A stretch of 36,437 nucleotides of DNA from Candidatus Magasanikbacteria bacterium CG_4_10_14_0_2_um_filter_41_10 (GCA_002792995.1 PFPJ01000064.1:1-36437), one strand, 5' to 3'. Positions 9,787 to 19,807 are shown, numbered from the stretch's first letter. A program made the numbers and translations. The notes: a model not told the origin generated them from the sequence alone.

Positions 9787-10622
9787 AGAATAATAATATT
9801 ACTTTTGTACTGTTTACGTTGAATGAAGAAAAAAGGGTTTCGTATGCTATTCGAAACCTTATTTCTTATGGTGATGTCATGATTATGGATGCAGGAAGTA
9901 CGGATAACACAAAAAATATCGCAGAGCGTCTAGGTGCAAGATTTTTTTTGAGACCACCAAGCGACAATCTGCAGGTAGAAACACAACAAAATTTTGAATT
10001 CATTAAAAAAAATATAACGACAGATTGGGTGTATTGGGGATTTGTAGACAATTTAGTGCCAAAAAGTTTGCTTGAAAAAGTTGTGAATGTGATTCAAGAA
10101 GAAAAATATATTTACATTTTTGTGCCGCTATTTTCGTATTTGTATGGTATGACAGACGTGCCCATGTTAAAAAGTTTTAATCCAATGTTTTTCAGAAAGG
10201 ATGCCATTGATTTTACGGATAATGTAATGCACGGTATGGGGAAATTTTTGGGGAAAAAGAATCAAATTTTAAAATTACCAAGTTCTAAAAAATACGCTGT
10301 TCGTCATTTTAGTTTGTATGATGTGAATAAATTTGTGCGTAATCATTTGGGATATGCCAATGAAGAAGCTGTTGGAAAATTTGCAAGAGGAAAAAAATTT
10401 GCAGTTTGGCTTATGCTTGGTGCGATGATACGATATTTTATTCTGTATTATAAATATTCATTTAGGAATGGGGCAAAAGGTCTTATGACGGCGTTGCTCT
10501 ATGCACAATTTAGGCTGTTAGTTTATGTAAAATTGTATGAAATTGAACACAACATAAATTTAGATACTATTGAGGCATCATTTGTTGAAGCAAAGGAAAA
10601 GATTTTGAAGGAGTTTGAATAA
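9783..10622 (+). CDS. GT2 family glycosyltransferase
   Basis: ITFVLFTLNEEKRV, MDAGSTDNT; 4-nt ATGA overlap with the upstream gene; C-terminal hydrophobic segment. Confidence 0.65.
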   Translation: MKNNNITFVLFTLNEEKRVSYAIRNLISYGDVMIMDAGSTDNTKNIAERLGARFFLRPPSDNLQVETQQNFEFIKKNITTDWVYWGFVDNLVPKSLLEKVVNVIQEEKYIYIFVPLFSYLYGMTDVPMLKSFNPMFFRKDAIDFTDNVMHGMGKFLGKKNQILKLPSSKKYAVRHFSLYDVNKFVRNHLGYANEEAVGKFARGKKFAVWLMLGAMIRYFILYYKYSFRNGAKGLMTALLYAQFRLLVYVKLYEIEHNINLDTIEASFVEAKEKILKEFE

Positions 10623-10627
10623 TATCT

Positions 10628-11437
10628 ATGCTTACCATCATCACGTCAATATACAAATCAGAAACGTATCTAAAAAAATATACTGATCATCTTATGCGTG
10701 TTGGTGATGTTTTGTCACAACAACTAGATTTTGAGTGTATTGTGATAGCAAATGATCCATCACAAAAGGAAATTGATGCCTTTCATACGTTTCAAGGAAA
10801 AAAATGGTTTACCTTTATGCCCGTCCCTCGTGAACCATTGTATGCAACATGGAATCGTGGAATATCTATGGCAAAAGGAAATGTCATTGGTTTTTGGAAT
10901 GTAGATGACATAAGATATGCGGAGGCACTGCTTGATGGTGTGCATCTCATACAAAATGGAGCAGATCTTGTTTATTTTCCATTTACCATATCATGGTATG
11001 TAAATGTATTTGGAACAAGTTTCCTTGTAAAAAAGAAAGAGATTAAACCAGACCAGTTTGAGAGAGCAAAATTTGTGACGGGTATGCACTGTGGACCATT
11101 TTTTCTTTTTTCAAGAGACTTATATGAACGTGTGGGAGCGTTTGATGAACAATTTCGTATTGCCGGTGATTTTGATTGGTGTGTAAGAGCCGCTACCGTA
11201 TCTGAAAAATTTCGTCTATCTTCTATGCACGCAGGAATATTTCGAGTTGATGGAGGAGGCTTAAGTGCAGGGGGAAAACGTCGGTTACAGTTAGAAAATA
11301 GTGTTGTCTTTAAAAGACACGCAATTCCTATTGATGTGGGAGGTTTGACAGATGCTGAAATAAGCTCCTTTAATGAAAAAAAAATGTTATATAAAGGCAA
11401 ATATATTGATGTATTTCCTTTTGACAAAGTTGCTTAA
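10628..11437 (+). CDS. GT2-like glycosyltransferase
   Basis: LTIITSIYKSETYLKKY N-terminus and WNVDD acidic motif at the expected GT-A spacing. Confidence 0.55.
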   Translation: MLTIITSIYKSETYLKKYTDHLMRVGDVLSQQLDFECIVIANDPSQKEIDAFHTFQGKKWFTFMPVPREPLYATWNRGISMAKGNVIGFWNVDDIRYAEALLDGVHLIQNGADLVYFPFTISWYVNVFGTSFLVKKKEIKPDQFERAKFVTGMHCGPFFLFSRDLYERVGAFDEQFRIAGDFDWCVRAATVSEKFRLSSMHAGIFRVDGGGLSAGGKRRLQLENSVVFKRHAIPIDVGGLTDAEISSFNEKKMLYKGKYIDVFPFDKVA

Positions 11438-11475
11438 TATTGATAGGCTTGATTATATTTTATGAGTTTACCTCT

Positions 11476-12462
11476 ATGATAGAAGAATCAAATAATAAAA
11501 AAACAGCCCTCGTGTGTGGTGCTGGGGGTTTTATCGGTGGACATTTGGTAAAAAGGCTCAAAAAAGAAGGTTTTTGGGTAAGAGGAGTGGACATTAAAGA
11601 GCATGAATTTTCAAAAACAGAGGCTGATGAATTTGTTGTCGGTGACTTACGTGATCCTAGAGTTGTTGAAAAAGTGATTGATATGCCTTTTGATGAAGTC
11701 TACCAATTGGCAGCGGATATGGGGGGAGCAGGATATGTGTTTAGTGGTAAACATGATGCAGATGTCATGCATAATTCAGCATTATGTAATTTGAATGTAA
11801 TGCATTATGGACAAATAGCGGGCGTAAAAAAAATATTCTATTCTTCATCTGCATGTATTTATCCAGAATATAACCAGATGGATCCAAATAATCCAACATG
11901 TTCTGAGGACTCAGCGTATCCTGCCGCACCTGATAGTGAATATGGGTGGGAAAAGCTATTTAGTGAAAGGATGTTTTTTTCCTATCACAGAAATTATAAT
12001 GTCGATGTCCGTGTTGCGAGATTTCATAATATTTTTGGACCAGAAGGTACCTGGAATAATGGAAAGGAAAAGGCTCCTGCAGCTATGTGTCGGAAGGTCT
12101 CGGAAGCCTCTGACGGAGATGCCATTGAAGTCTGGGGTGATGGAGAACAAACAAGATCTTTCTTATATATCGATGAATGTCTTGATGCTGTGCGAAGATT
12201 TATGGATTCTGACTTCATAGGACCCTTGAATATTGGATCTCGAGAAATGATTTCCATAAATGGATTGGTAGACATGGTTATGAATATCGCGGGGAAGCAA
12301 TTGCCTATTACACATATTGATGGACCTTTGGGAGTTCGTGGAAGAACGTCTGACAATACGTTAATAAAAGAAAAATTACATTGGGAACCAACGGAGTCTC
12401 TTAGAAGTGGGATGGAAAAAACGTACCATTGGATTGATGAACAAGTTAAAAAGAATAAATAA
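11476..12462 (+). CDS. GDP-mannose 3,5-epimerase-like SDR
   Basis: ALVCGAGGFIGGHL, ADMGGAGYV, YGWEKL (YxxxK), ARFHNIFGPEGTWNNGKEKAPAAMCRK closely resembles the GME signature block. Start moved to ATG 11476 because the TTG 11440 extension adds a non-homologous hydrophobic leader. Confidence 0.7.
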   Translation: MIEESNNKKTALVCGAGGFIGGHLVKRLKKEGFWVRGVDIKEHEFSKTEADEFVVGDLRDPRVVEKVIDMPFDEVYQLAADMGGAGYVFSGKHDADVMHNSALCNLNVMHYGQIAGVKKIFYSSSACIYPEYNQMDPNNPTCSEDSAYPAAPDSEYGWEKLFSERMFFSYHRNYNVDVRVARFHNIFGPEGTWNNGKEKAPAAMCRKVSEASDGDAIEVWGDGEQTRSFLYIDECLDAVRRFMDSDFIGPLNIGSREMISINGLVDMVMNIAGKQLPITHIDGPLGVRGRTSDNTLIKEKLHWEPTESLRSGMEKTYHWIDEQVKKNK

Positions 12463-12472
12463 TTGAGATTTT

Positions 12473-13405
12473 ATGAGGCTTGTTATTTTGGACAAATCTC
12501 CTAGATTTGAATTATGTTCACGCGAAAAGTGTAAACGAATTGGTCGTTTAATATTCAGAAAAATTAGAGGCCCCCAATCGCTTATACAAAGTTTACTTCT
12601 TGGTTTAGATGATCTTAGATACGAATATATATATAATCCTAAATACGATCAAATAAGGAAGGACGATGTTGTCTATGTGACAGGAAGTATGAGTGCATTG
12701 AAATTTGCATTAGAATTAAAACGTGAAGGGAAAATAAAAAAATTAATTGCAGGTCCTACTTTGGTTGTTACGCCCGATGAACATGGAGGAATCATAAAAG
12801 ATAAAAATATTGACATATATTTGGTTCCATCTGCGTGGACAAAAGATTTTTATGCATCATTTGGTGATGAAGAACTAAATAGGAAGTTGCAAATCTGTCC
12901 GACTGGTGTTTCTTTGCCCGACAAATTGAGTAAAAAACGTGATTCCTTTTGTCTGATTTATAATAAAATTTCAGATACTGAGATACTCGAGAATGTAACG
13001 CAATATTTAAAAAAAGTAAATATTCCAGTTCAGATGCTTACGTACGGAAAATACAAGAAAAAAAATTATTTTTCTTCTTTAAAAAAAGCATCCTTCATGA
13101 TTTATTTCTCAGAAATTGAAAGTCAGGGAATTGCGTTATTAGAGGCCTGGGCACACGATATTCCTACGTTAGTGTGGAATAATGATAGATACACCTTTGC
13201 AAAAATACATAAAACAGTTTCAGGGCCAATTTCAGCACCCTATTTAACTGATGCGTGTGGAGTTTTTTTTAAAAAAAATGACATAAAAGAAAAGTTTGAG
13301 TATGTTATCGGAAATTTGAATACTTTCCATCCACGTTTATTTGTTGAACATAATTTTACCAATAAAATATGTGCTCAAAATTTTTTAGATATAATTACTA
13401 AATAA
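12473..13405 (+). CDS. Probable GT-B (GT1/GT4-like) glycosyltransferase
   Basis: C-terminal half SEIESQGIALLEAWAHDIPTLVWN resembles the E-x7-E donor-binding region of GT4 enzymes. The N-terminal half is not recognisable. Confidence 0.45.
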   Translation: MRLVILDKSPRFELCSREKCKRIGRLIFRKIRGPQSLIQSLLLGLDDLRYEYIYNPKYDQIRKDDVVYVTGSMSALKFALELKREGKIKKLIAGPTLVVTPDEHGGIIKDKNIDIYLVPSAWTKDFYASFGDEELNRKLQICPTGVSLPDKLSKKRDSFCLIYNKISDTEILENVTQYLKKVNIPVQMLTYGKYKKKNYFSSLKKASFMIYFSEIESQGIALLEAWAHDIPTLVWNNDRYTFAKIHKTVSGPISAPYLTDACGVFFKKNDIKEKFEYVIGNLNTFHPRLFVEHNFTNKICAQNFLDIITK

Positions 13406-13407
13406 GT

Positions 13408-14337
13408 ATGTTGAATCAGCAAGAACGTGAACAATTGAAAACAAAGATTTTGAAAAATAATGAGTTGTATGTGTTGCAATATAGCCGGTTGCGCCGCTTG
13501 CTTAAGGATCCTTTCCGAACCTCTCTATTTTATTGTATAGCTCTTTTTGCAAGAATTCATCCGTACAAGATACATGCTCGGACATTGTGGAACGATACCA
13601 TGACTTATTTTCTTCCAGAAGGACAAGCTATCTATTATTATGGTTTTTTTGAAGCAAACTTGACCAATTTTTTAATTAATTTTTTACAAGAAGGAGATAC
13701 ATTTGTGGATATTGGGGCTCATGTAGGATATTACAGTGTACTTTCATCTCGCCTTGTCGGAGACAGTGGTCATGTCCACAGCTTTGAACCAACACCAAGA
13801 ACATTTATATCACTGGAAGAAAATACACGTCATCTTCACAATGTTAGTATAAACAATGTCGCCTTATTAAATGAAGAAAAAGAAATTGAATTTATTGATT
13901 ATGGTCCTAAAAATAGTGCGTTCAATGGATTTAAAAGACGTATTTCAGAAGAAATGAATTTTTTAAAAAAAGATGATTCTGCAATAAAAGTGAAAGCAAT
14001 CGCATTGGACTCCTATTGTCGTAAAAATAATTTACAACCAACATTTATTAAGATAGATGCAGAAGGTGCTGAAAGTTTAATATTATCAGGCATGACATAT
14101 GTCATGAGTGAATTGCGACCAATTATTAGCATTGAAGTCGCAGGAGGAGAAGAATGGAAAGCAAATTGTAAAAACTCGATAGAGATGTTACTTTCTCATG
14201 ATTTTGTAGCATATGAAAGCACGCTTGTCGGAGGTCTTAAGAAGCATGTCCAACAAGTACAGTATAAGTATGACAACTTGATATGTATTCCAAAAGAAAA
14301 AGAAGAAGAAGTTGTAACTCGCATGTTGAAATATTAA
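13408..14337 (+). CDS. FkbM-family SAM-dependent methyltransferase
   Basis: FVDIGAHVGYYS (SAM motif I) and FIKIDAEGAE, both typical of FkbM-type sugar O-methyltransferases. Confidence 0.8.
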   Translation: MLNQQEREQLKTKILKNNELYVLQYSRLRRLLKDPFRTSLFYCIALFARIHPYKIHARTLWNDTMTYFLPEGQAIYYYGFFEANLTNFLINFLQEGDTFVDIGAHVGYYSVLSSRLVGDSGHVHSFEPTPRTFISLEENTRHLHNVSINNVALLNEEKEIEFIDYGPKNSAFNGFKRRISEEMNFLKKDDSAIKVKAIALDSYCRKNNLQPTFIKIDAEGAESLILSGMTYVMSELRPIISIEVAGGEEWKANCKNSIEMLLSHDFVAYESTLVGGLKKHVQQVQYKYDNLICIPKEKEEEVVTRMLKY

Positions 14338-14343
14338 ACGTAT

Positions 14344-15198
14344 ATGATAATTGTAAAGTTGAGTGCAGGATTGGGAAATCAAATGTTTCAGTATGCACTT
14401 GGAAGACGATTGTCGCTTGATTGGGGAGATGAATTGCTATTTGATTCTTCGTGGTTTTATTCTACGCGTGAAGGGGAAACACCTCGAGAGTTGGAATTAC
14501 ACAAATTCCATCTTCTCCTTCCTGAAGCACATCCTGCAGATATTGAGAAAGCAAAGCCATGTACGTTTATAAAAATAGTGAAAAAGGTTAAGGCACGTTT
14601 AGATAAAAATGTGTTTTACAGATTTAACAAAACATTGTTGAAAAAAAGAAAATATGTTTATTTGGATGGTTACTTTCAAAGTTATAAATATTTTGAATCA
14701 ATTAGAGAGACACTTCTCACTGATTTCATATTAACCGATGGATATTCTGACGATGCATATACAACAAAGCAAGAGATTGAAAGAGTTGGAGAATCCGTGT
14801 CTATTCATATTCGACGAGGTGATTTTGCGTCTACCTGTAAAACTTGGAATGGTCTTTGTTCCATTGACTATTATCAGAAGGCTCTCGCTACGATACAAAA
14901 AACACATCCTCTTGTTACAGTATTTATTTTTTCTGACGATATAAAATGGGCAAAGGAGAATTTATATTTCGATGCTGTTCCTATGGTTTTTGTATCACGC
15001 CCTAGTTTGAGTGCTACTGAAGAATTATCCTTGATGAGTTTATGTAAACATCAAATTATTGCGAATAGTACGTTTAGTTGGTGGGCTGCGTGGTTAAATA
15101 AAAATGTGGAAAAGATTGTTGTAGCGCCAAGTCGTTGGCTTGTGGTTTCAAACATTGACACCGTAGATCTTTTACCACCTAATTGGATACAAATATAA
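14344..15198 (+). CDS. GT11 alpha-1,2-fucosyltransferase family glycosyltransferase
   Basis: GGLGNQMFQYA-type N-terminus (SAGLGNQMFQYALGRRL), HIRRGDF and IANSTFSWWAAWL motifs. Confidence 0.85.
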   Translation: MIIVKLSAGLGNQMFQYALGRRLSLDWGDELLFDSSWFYSTREGETPRELELHKFHLLLPEAHPADIEKAKPCTFIKIVKKVKARLDKNVFYRFNKTLLKKRKYVYLDGYFQSYKYFESIRETLLTDFILTDGYSDDAYTTKQEIERVGESVSIHIRRGDFASTCKTWNGLCSIDYYQKALATIQKTHPLVTVFIFSDDIKWAKENLYFDAVPMVFVSRPSLSATEELSLMSLCKHQIIANSTFSWWAAWLNKNVEKIVVAPSRWLVVSNIDTVDLLPPNWIQI

Positions 15199-15222
15199 CA
15201 TGTTTGTATTATTCCTTATTTT

Positions 15223-15981
15223 GTGAAAGTTAGCATTTGTGTAATTACGTATAATAGAGAAAAATTTATTGCAGAAGCAATAGACAGTATTTTGTTTCAA
15301 ACATTTCAGAATTGGGAACTTGTGATTGTTGATGATGGCTCACAGGACGATACTGAACAGATTGTGAAAACGTATAAAGATCCTCGTATTAGCTATGTAC
15401 GAAATGATACAAATCAAGGAATTGTTGCCTCACGAAATACGGCGTTGGCGCAGGCTACTGGGGAATATATTGCTGTACTGGATAGTGATGATATATGGAA
15501 TGACCCTACAAAACTTGCCACACAAGTTGCATTTCTTGACTCACATGCGGAGTATGCACTCGTAGGATGCGCTAATATTCAAATCATTGATGGGCAGGGA
15601 ACCGTGGTCAGCGACATGTTTCAGCCAGTGGAGGATTCTGAAATCAGAAAGCACATGTTATATAAAAATCCGTTTACTCACTCAAGCATCCTTTTTCGTA
15701 GAAGTGTTATATCAGAAATGGGATCATACCATGATTATGCTGTTGGAGAAGATTATGAATTGTGTTTACGCATCGGTATGAAATACAAGATGAAAAATAT
15801 AGCGGATCTTTCTATGCAATATCGAAAGCATAGTGGAAATATCTCTGTACAAAAAAGAATGCAAGCCCTTCGATTGAATATTGCAATCATACGCACATAC
15901 AAAGAAGCCTATCCACGATTTTTTATGTCAATCTTTCGAAGATATATTCGTTTTGTTATTGGTCTGTGCGTGTTGTCATAA
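15223..15981 (+). CDS. GT2 family glycosyltransferase
   Basis: GTG start; VSICVITYNREKFIAEAIDSILFQTFQNWELVIVDDGSQDDT, LDSDD (DxD). Confidence 0.85.
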   Translation: MKVSICVITYNREKFIAEAIDSILFQTFQNWELVIVDDGSQDDTEQIVKTYKDPRISYVRNDTNQGIVASRNTALAQATGEYIAVLDSDDIWNDPTKLATQVAFLDSHAEYALVGCANIQIIDGQGTVVSDMFQPVEDSEIRKHMLYKNPFTHSSILFRRSVISEMGSYHDYAVGEDYELCLRIGMKYKMKNIADLSMQYRKHSGNISVQKRMQALRLNIAIIRTYKEAYPRFFMSIFRRYIRFVIGLCVLS

Positions 15982-15982
15982 T

Positions 15983-17068
15983 ATGAACATTCTTTATCTC
16001 ATTACAAAATCAGAAGCAGGCGGGGCTCAAACGCATGTATATCAATTGTGTCAGGCGTTTCGAGACACACATACTCTCACTGTCGTCGCAAACCCTGGAG
16101 GATGGTTGGAGGAAGAATGCAAAAAATTGCACGTATCTTTTATCCCGAACACGTATTTTTCAAATAATCTCAATCCTTTGCGTGTATTGAAATCTTTTTT
16201 TACGATAAAAAAAATTATACATGAGGTGAAACCAGACATTGTTCATTGTCATAGCTCAGTGGCTGGTTTTTTGGGTCGTCTTGCCGTCAGAAAAAAGATT
16301 CCCACTGTCTATACTGCGCATGGATGGGGATTTAATATTGGTGTAGGTGCTCTTCAAAAATGGGTGGCTATTGTTTCAGAAAAAATTGTAGCAAACTATA
16401 CTGACAAAATTATTTGTGTTTCAGAATTTGTTAAAGAATTGGGTGTGCAGTACCGGATTACCTCGCCTGATGCCTTTGTCGTTATTTATAATGGTGTGGA
16501 ACTCCAACCTCGAATAAAAAACGAACATCATGATGTTCGTATTACATGTGTAGGACGATTGGCTCCTCCAAAAAGACCATTGGTATTACTCGAGGCGATA
16601 TCCTTATTCACACCAGAAATGCAACGAGACCTATATACACGCGTTGTGGGCAAGGGGCCCCAGATGGACCAGCTTGTAACATACATCACGTCAAAAAAAA
16701 TCCAGCATATTGAACTGATGGGAAGCTTGTCTCGAGAGAGGATATTTGATATTCTTCATAACTCAGATATCTTTGTGTTCCTTTCTGACTGGGAAGGATT
16801 TCCTATTTCTATTCTAGAGGCCATGAGCTGTGGATTGCCCATTGTGAGTTCTAATGTTGGCGGTATACGAGAAATGGTGGATGATAAAAATGGTATTTTA
16901 TTGGCACAAACTACTCCTGAGTTGGTGGCAGCAAGTCTAGAGCGCCTCGTAACTGATAGAAAGACACGCAAATACATGGGAGAGATGTCATCTCAGATTG
17001 TCAAAGAACGATTTACGGTAGAGCATATGGTGCATCAGATACAACAGGTATATGATGATCTTGTTTGA
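15983..17068 (+). CDS. GT4 family glycosyltransferase
   Basis: Start at ATG 15983, 1 nt after the upstream stop; the 15881 extension overlaps the previous gene. MNILYLITKSEAGGAQTHV, EGFPISILEAMSCGLPIVSSNVGG (E-x7-E). Confidence 0.85.
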   Translation: MNILYLITKSEAGGAQTHVYQLCQAFRDTHTLTVVANPGGWLEEECKKLHVSFIPNTYFSNNLNPLRVLKSFFTIKKIIHEVKPDIVHCHSSVAGFLGRLAVRKKIPTVYTAHGWGFNIGVGALQKWVAIVSEKIVANYTDKIICVSEFVKELGVQYRITSPDAFVVIYNGVELQPRIKNEHHDVRITCVGRLAPPKRPLVLLEAISLFTPEMQRDLYTRVVGKGPQMDQLVTYITSKKIQHIELMGSLSRERIFDILHNSDIFVFLSDWEGFPISILEAMSCGLPIVSSNVGGIREMVDDKNGILLAQTTPELVAASLERLVTDRKTRKYMGEMSSQIVKERFTVEHMVHQIQQVYDDLV

Positions 17069-17080
17069 TAAAAAGTATAT

Positions 17081-18466
17081 ATGAACGTGTTATATATCGG
17101 TGCTGGTTTTGTTGGCGTGTGTTCTGCTGCTGTTGCTGCAGATGGGGGACATACGGCACTTGTTGTTGATATTGATGAAAAAAAAGTACAAGCATTTGCA
17201 AGTGGCGATAAAAAAAGAATTGACGACTGTTTGTCCGAAAAAGGATTGACTGATCTTCTCATCACTCATGCTGACCGTATTCGGTTTACGACATCATACG
17301 ATGATGTCGATGTATTTTTGGATACGTGTGATCTCATTTTCATCTGTCTGCCTACACCTGAAGTTGCTGAAACTGGTGAAAGTGATTTGTCGTATTATTA
17401 TGCAGGAGTAGAAAAAATTGCATTGTCATTAGCCTTACGAAATAATAGCGCACAAACGCAATATATTGTTATCGTAAATAAAAGTACAGTTCCCATTGAC
17501 ATGGCAGATGAAACACAACGTGTGCTCGATAGCCATGGAGTCACACACGTAGGAGTTGTTTCGAATCCAGAATTTCTTGTCGAAGGTAAGGCTATTGAGG
17601 GATCACTACATCCTGACAGAATTGTGATTGGTGCCTGGACTGAGACAGATTTTTCGTTGTTGCGTATATTTTATACACGCTTTGTTGACGTCTCAGAAAC
17701 GCAGTATATTGAAGTCAACCCAAAAGAAGCTGCGGCGGGGAAATTGTTGGCAAATTATTATCTTTTTGCAAAACTTGCTGTGTGTTTTGATGTTATTGGA
17801 AGAACGTCAGAATCATTTGCCGATATTCAATTTGAATCATTGAAAAAAATAATTTCAAGTGATGCGCGTATTGGTAGTTGGGGATTCCATGATAGCTTGT
17901 ATGCAGGCGGAAGTTGTTTGATAAAAGACACTCGATCATTGGCATACCAGCTCCACGCAGTGGGGCAAGATGTGTCATTACTTCAAGAAACGTACCTGGC
18001 CAACAATCGACAATTGGATCTTTTTTTAGCTCGAGCAACCACGGAAGCTGGGATCGTATGGAAAGGAAAAAAAATAGCATTGCTTGGAACCGCATTTAAA
18101 CGTGATACCAATGATGTCCGAAATTCGCCAAGTTTTCATATTGTAGAAGTATGTCAGGAACAGCAGGTGTCACAGATCCATATTTATGATCCTTCTGCCA
18201 TGTCAACATTTCAGCAAAGAGTTCTCCCTTCTGATCAGATTCAATACGTGGACAGTGCAGAGATGGCTGTCAATCAAGCTGATATTATTATTATTGCCAC
18301 GGATTGGCCCTCATTTAGAGATATATCAACCATTGTAATGAAGCAAGAAAAAAAACCATTGATTATGGATGGACGACGTCTGTTGCAAGAGGACTATGCA
18401 GTATTACGTCAGCATGGATGTGATATTATTGCTGTTGGGTCTCCCTTCTTGCCAAAACAGGTGTAG
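17081..18466 (+). CDS. ugd: UDP-glucose 6-dehydrogenase
   Basis: IGAGFVGVCSA NAD motif, catalytic-Cys block GGSCLIKDTRSL, AFKRDTNDVRNSP. Confidence 0.85.
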   Translation: MNVLYIGAGFVGVCSAAVAADGGHTALVVDIDEKKVQAFASGDKKRIDDCLSEKGLTDLLITHADRIRFTTSYDDVDVFLDTCDLIFICLPTPEVAETGESDLSYYYAGVEKIALSLALRNNSAQTQYIVIVNKSTVPIDMADETQRVLDSHGVTHVGVVSNPEFLVEGKAIEGSLHPDRIVIGAWTETDFSLLRIFYTRFVDVSETQYIEVNPKEAAAGKLLANYYLFAKLAVCFDVIGRTSESFADIQFESLKKIISSDARIGSWGFHDSLYAGGSCLIKDTRSLAYQLHAVGQDVSLLQETYLANNRQLDLFLARATTEAGIVWKGKKIALLGTAFKRDTNDVRNSPSFHIVEVCQEQQVSQIHIYDPSAMSTFQQRVLPSDQIQYVDSAEMAVNQADIIIIATDWPSFRDISTIVMKQEKKPLIMDGRRLLQEDYAVLRQHGCDIIAVGSPFLPKQV

Positions 18467-18511
18467 ATGTGGCATTGTACATATACGTTTTTAGTTTAAC
18501 TCATAGATAGT

Positions 18512-19411
18512 ATGGCACGTTGTCTTGTTACTGGAGGAGCTGGGTTTATAGGCTCTCATCTTACTGATCAGCTTTTGGCTGATGGACATGAAGTTCTTGT
18601 GATTGATAGTTTGCTCTTGGGTAAGCGTGAATTTGTTGCAAAAGAAGCTACCTTTCACCAGATAGATATTAGAGAGCTCGCAACAATGAAACCCTTGTTT
18701 GAAGGGATCGATGTGGTATTTCATCTCGCTGCCGAACCTCGATTGCCTTTGTCTATCGAAGATCCTATTGGTACACATGATGTAAATGTTACAGGCACAC
18801 TTCATGTTTTGGATCTTGCCAGACAAGCTGGCGTGAAAAAGGTTATCATTACGTCTTCTGCAGCTGTGTATGGGGATGAGCCATTACCTATTTCAGAAGA
18901 CACAGTACCGAGACCAAAAAGCCCATATGGTATGCATAAGCATATGGATGAACAATATGCACGGCTTTTCCATGATTTGTATGGACTAGCAACTGTGTCT
19001 CTTCGATATTTCAATGTGTATGGTCCGCGTAAACTTGCAAATGGTGGATACCCTATGGTGATCCCTGTATTCATGCAACAGCGCAAGGATAATCAACCTT
19101 TGACAATGACAGGGGATGGAGAACAAACAAGGGATTATGTGCATGTATCTGATGTTGTTCGTGCTAATATTTTAGCATGGCAATCAGAGGTGGCAAATGG
19201 TGATGCTATAAATATTGCAAGTGGTGTGCAAACCAGTGTCAATGATATCGCAATGCTGATTGGTGGTGATACGACACACGTTTCTGAAAGAAAGGGAGAA
19301 GTACGATTTATGCAGGCAGATATTACAAAAGCAAAAGAACTCCTTGGGTGGGAACCGACGATTGAGCTTGAAGAGGGGATCGCGACGTTGAAGAAAGAAT
19401 GGAAACTTTAG
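18512..19411 (+). CDS. NAD-dependent UDP-hexose 4-epimerase-like SDR (GalE family)
   Basis: CLVTGGAGFIGSHL, SSAAVYG, SPYGMHK (YxxxK), GDGEQTRDYVHVSDV. Confidence 0.75.
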   Translation: MARCLVTGGAGFIGSHLTDQLLADGHEVLVIDSLLLGKREFVAKEATFHQIDIRELATMKPLFEGIDVVFHLAAEPRLPLSIEDPIGTHDVNVTGTLHVLDLARQAGVKKVIITSSAAVYGDEPLPISEDTVPRPKSPYGMHKHMDEQYARLFHDLYGLATVSLRYFNVYGPRKLANGGYPMVIPVFMQQRKDNQPLTMTGDGEQTRDYVHVSDVVRANILAWQSEVANGDAINIASGVQTSVNDIAMLIGGDTTHVSERKGEVRFMQADITKAKELLGWEPTIELEEGIATLKKEWKL

Positions 19412-19414
19412 AAT

Positions 19415-19443
19415 GCAGAATGCAGATTTCAAACTTCAAAATT
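19415..19443. repeat. Left arm of the terminal inverted repeat flanking the four-helix-bundle gene
   Basis: GCAGAATGCAGATTTCAAACTTCAAAATT. The last 21 nt (19423-19443) are the perfect reverse complement of 19806-19826, and the first 8 nt pair with 19834-19841. Confidence 0.9.
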
Positions 19444-19447
19444 ATGT

Positions 19448-19807
19448 ATGCAAAAGGAGGATTTAAAACAAAGGACAAAAGCGTATACATTGCGTGTAAT
19501 AAAACTCGTACAAGCATTACCTGACAACCAAACAAGTTGGGTGATTGGGAAGCAGTTATTACGATCAGGGACTTCTGTAGGAGCAAATTACAGAGCTGCA
19601 TGTCGGGCTCGCTCGACAGCAGAATTTATTGCAAAATTAGGAATCGTTATTGAGGAAGCAGATGAATCCGCATTTTGGCTAGAGCTTATTATCGAATCAG
19701 GTTTGTATAAAAAAGAAGCTATTGAAACACTTCTTCAAGAAACAAATGAGCTTGTCGCAATCATGGTCAGCTCCTCAAACACCGCAAGAAAAAATAACAA
19801 AAAATAA
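19448..19807 (+). CDS. Four-helix-bundle protein (23S rRNA intervening-sequence protein / Avd-like family)
   Basis: 119 aa; LLRSGTSVGANYRAA and EEADESAFWLELI motifs characteristic of the family. Confidence 0.8.
   Translation: MQKEDLKQRTKAYTLRVIKLVQALPDNQTSWVIGKQLLRSGTSVGANYRAACRARSTAEFIAKLGIVIEEADESAFWLELIIESGLYKKEAIETLLQETNELVAIMVSSSNTARKNNKK

Noticed and set aside
10972-11427. 151-aa minus-strand ORF. The same applies to 22164-22583, 29691-30110 and 28101-28541.
   Set aside because: All are antisense to plus-strand genes with clear family motifs. They are typical shadow ORFs.
19454-19460. Perfect AAGGAGG Shine-Dalgarno-like heptamer
   Set aside because: It lies inside the four-helix-bundle CDS just after its ATG (codons K-E-D), and no ATG/GTG/TTG follows at 5-10 nt. 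It is therefore coding sequence, not an RBS.
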